Assembly: GCA_013265495.1 (NCBI GenBank)
Contig: MU061633.1
Coordinates: 1,408,302-1,472,301, forward strand
Length of the DNA stretch: 64,000 nt
Reading direction: 5' to 3'
Origin: Vicugna vicugna
Taxonomy: Eukaryota
In this document: positions 60,729 through 64,000 of the stretch, piece after piece
Numbering within the stretch: the stretch's first letter is position 1
Layout of the letters: each line of letters begins with the position of its first letter
The notes under the pieces: generated by a model
Told to the model about the DNA's origin: nothing
The model's database searches: none
What the model saw: the letters and a program-made list of their open reading frames with translations, nothing else
Position numbers and translations under genes: made by a program

Positions 60729-62416
60729 GTGGGTGGGCACCGGGCCTGGGCCAGGCACCGTGGGGGAGCGGGGCCTGGGGGCCAGGAACCGGGCTGTGGA
60801 CTCGCAGATGGGCCCGGGGCCTGCCTTCCCTGTGACGACAGGACCTCTGCCTCTTATGTTCCCTGACCTCAGTTTCCTTGCATGCAGCACGGAACCAGGC
60901 CAGTGTCTGAGTTCATGGGCGATCACACGCAGTGACGAACGTGCAGCCCCCAGTAAACACTAAGCAAGGGGTCACCCTCGTCCAGGAAGCTGAGGGTCAC
61001 AGGAGAGCAGTCCCCCTCCCAGAGTCAGCACCTCCCACCTCAGTGCTTCTCACTGCATCTTCCTGGAGGAATTGGACGCAAAGCCCAAGGAGACTTGCAC
61101 CAACAGAGAATTTGGTCTGAAGTCTCCCGTTCCATCAGTTTCGTGCACTGCTTTCTACCCTGTATCAGTTTTACTGTCATGTAAATGCTTTTTTTCCCCA
61201 AAAATTTTTTTGGAAAAACGAAGCTCCAGTAAGATGCCTGTGCTCTGTCTGCCCTGCCCATGGCCACACCCCACAGGGGCACGAGCACCCCCGCGAGGAG
61301 CACAGTTAGTGGGGGGAGGGGAACACTTGTTAGTGTCCTATAAAGACAAGGTTGCAATAAAGTGAGCCGCTTCGGTGCTCAAGGAAAGGTGAGGAGAGTG
61401 AAACCCATCCTCCCCAGGTGGGAGACCACGCACGCGCCCATCGGCAGATGCCTGCTCTTCGGGGCAATCTCCCGAGACACCTGAGCACCACCGGTGGCCT
61501 TGACGTCCGCACAATTCCAGCTTGTGCTACTGCACACTCGATCATTTCATTATCTCATTTAATCCTATTATAAATAGTCACACACAGGCCTTCTCGGTTG
61601 TTCCCAGAGTCAAGAGCTGAGAGGACTAAGATCTCCACTCGCCACAGCTCTGCTGGCTTCTCAGACGCCAGCCACTCCGGCACAGCCCGAGGAGGTGGCT
61701 GCAGAAGGGAGCGGGTCGTCAGGGTGGCTGAGGGGGAAGCCAGAGGACAGAGAGGAAAAGCTTGACCCAAAACGCTTACAGACACCACTTGATTTCTTAG
61801 TATTAATTACTTAACAAGCTGGGTGCCAGAAACGTCCTTTAGGAGGTCATGTCTCTGTTTCCATCTTCCTGTTTGCAAAGAACTGGAAGTCCCGCAAATA
61901 GAAGCCCGAGTCAAAATGGATCAGAAACTAAAACGTTTTGGGGAACTGCCTGGAGTCCTCGCAGTCCTGGGCTGCCCCTGCCCTGTGTGACCAGCCTGTG
62001 CTGACTCGGCGCTTTGTGTGAGGGGCTAAGAAATGTGTCTGTGCTGCATGTTCAGTGTGCAGAAGCTGCACGCCCTGCTCTACATCACGTTTCCCCAAAC
62101 CGTTTTTAGACTCTGCTGTCATCTCCGCGGCGCCCGCTGGGCAGGAAGGGGCAGAGTGCTTCACGGGTTTCGGTGAAGCCAGGTTTTGACCCCTGCCCAT
62201 GATGTCCGCTCTTCGATGGAAGTCACCCGTGCCACCCGCCCCACAACGCTGGCCTCCCACTGCTGCTCGCGGCAGGGGGCTGTCATATCTGGAGAGCACA
62301 CAGGGCCCGGGGCACCTGCCCACATGCCTCCCCCCTTTCACAGCACAGGCACTGCCCCGAGCTCCTCCTTTCCGTCACTCTGTCCTGTGAGCTAAAACCC
62401 TGTTTCTCTCCTGAAG

Positions 62417-62539
62417 GGGAAAAGCAAGGTGAGGCGGGTGAAGACCATCTACGACTGCCAGGCGGACAATGACGACGAACTTACCTTCGTGGAGGGCGAG
62501 GTGATCGTGGTCACTGGCGAGGAGGACCAGGAGTGGTGG
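62417..62539 (+). CDS. ASAP1: ASAP1 exon: GKSKVRRVKTIYDCQADNDDELTFVEGEVIVVTGEEDQEWW, SH3 domain (last exon outside the window)
   Basis: tcctgaag|GGGAAA...TGGTGG|gtacgt; 123 nt, phase 0->0; SH3 motifs YD..A...DELTF and WW. Confidence 0.97.
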
Positions 62540-62987
62540 GTACGTGCCGGCCGCGTCGTCACCCGGGGCCCACCGCCACCCTGGCTGCCTGGAGACCGGA
62601 GGCCCTGGGAACCGCCCGGGTTCTCAGCGGCTGCAGTGGCGGCCGACATCCACGGCTGTCCGGGCTGCGTCAGGAGTGAGCCTCCAGGGGGCACCGGCAG
62701 GCAGAGGTGCAGGGCCGGCAGCCTCCTCCGCGTTTCCCAGCGGATCGTTTTCTGACCCCAGAGTGGCAGGCCTGCTTCCTTGGCAGCCTGAGCCCCCTCC
62801 GACCCAGAGGGTCCCAGTTCTGTCTGCCAAGAAAGGGACATATGATTCGCAGTTGAGCCCGCAGAACCTGCGGATGCCCAGAAATACACATGCACACACA
62901 TGCACACCTTTGGCTTTCCTTCCTTTGGGCTCAGACAGTGACTTCAAATTCATGATCACAGCTGTAGGGATTTTGCTTGGACTGAAG

Positions 62988-63183
62988 CAGTGGTTCTCAT
63001 CCAGGGCAGTTCTGCCCTCAAGGGGCCATGTGATGATCAGGACCTGGGAAGGGTGGATGCTATCGGCATCAGGTGGATGGAAGCTGTGGTTTCTGCTAAA
63101 TCTCCTACAATATTTGTAAGAGACCCCACAACAAAGAACTGTCTGGCCCCCACATGTCAAGAGTACTGAGGGTGAGAACCCCG
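62988..63183 (+). mobile_element. MER20 (hAT-Charlie)
   Basis: cagtggttctca...tgctaaatctcctacaat...ccccacaacaaagaactgtctggccc...tgagaacccc. Confidence 0.82.
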
Positions 63184-64000
63184 GACTAAGCGGTGCCGTG
63201 TGTCTGTCTGTCTGTCTCTCAGAGAGACGGAGTAGGGGTGTCCCCGGTGCTGCTTCTGTTAGCAGAGTTGGGCTTATCATGGGGCCAGTTGGAAAGCTAG
63301 TCGAGACTCTTGACAAGCTACTGTCCCTTCATGTGTAAAGTGAGGGGCACAGGATCGTAAAGTGAGGCTCACTCTGTGCCCTGGATAAAGCATGTCCCTC
63401 CTACGAGCCGTAGTGTCCTCTTCTGAAAAGTGAGACATGAGTAACCGTCTCTCACAAGACTATGTAAGGACTCGTGTGCATGACACCAACTAAGTCCCCA
63501 TGGAGGGGTCGGCCGGGCCTTAATGTTAACTCCGCTCTGCAGATGAGAGGCTGGTACACACTAGCCCGGGTGGCCGCCCAAGGCCATGGTAGGGAAAAGA
63601 ACCAGCCCTGGGCTGGACACCCAGCTGTGGCTCCAGCCACCCTGTGCCCCACAGGTCCTTCATGGAGGGAGATGAGAGCTGGCCTGGCTCTAAAAGCCAC
63701 CCTTCTCTCCCTGTAAGTGTCACTTGAAGGCTGTCATTATTCTTCCTCGTGGTAGGATTCTCTTTAATGCAGTAGATACTGACGTAACTGAGATCCTTAG
63801 ACACTTTTTGCAGGTATGTGGCTTACAGGTTTCAGCAGCTGCCAACAGAGTTGCCATAAACCTTGCCACCGTCCACTCAGACTTTCATTATCCTTCCCCC
63901 ACAGCAACGAGAAAGCAAGTTCTTGGTACCCAGCGGCCCTTGCCATGTGTAGAATGGTTCGTGTCATCTCTCAGCAAGCCTGAGAGGAGGGGGCTTTGTA

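Noticed and set aside
62624-63316. 230-aa minus-strand ORF, the longest in the track
   Set aside because: Runs through a MER20 and GC-rich intron and has no recognisable domain; probably a chance ORF.

Overview
Mammalian genomic DNA, probably camelid (alpaca/camel-like), judged from a camelid-type tRNA-derived SINE and L1 3' ends. The whole 64 kb is the 3' part of one gene, ASAP1 (DDEF1/AMAP1; ArfGAP with SH3 domain, ankyrin repeats and PH domain 1), on the + strand. I traced 17 GT-AG coding exons from 3284 to 62539. They join into an uninterrupted 2223-nt (741-codon) frame: BAR-PH linker, PH, ArfGAP zinc finger, ankyrin repeats, Pro-rich region, (E/D)LPPKP repeats and most of the SH3 domain. 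There is also a 9-nt microexon (SRR) at 2498-2506. The BAR-domain exons and the last coding exon lie outside the window. The 57-codon Pro-rich cassette exon known from other mammals is not visible; a 188-N assembly gap at 45339-45526 sits right after a 3' splice-site-like sequence and probably hides it. Introns contain ordinary mammalian repeats (L1, L2, MIR, MER20, MER58, MER5, MLT2, one lineage SINE). I found no CRISPR array, rRNA, tRNA gene or second protein-coding gene, and no convincing novel system. The most useful leads concern splicing.
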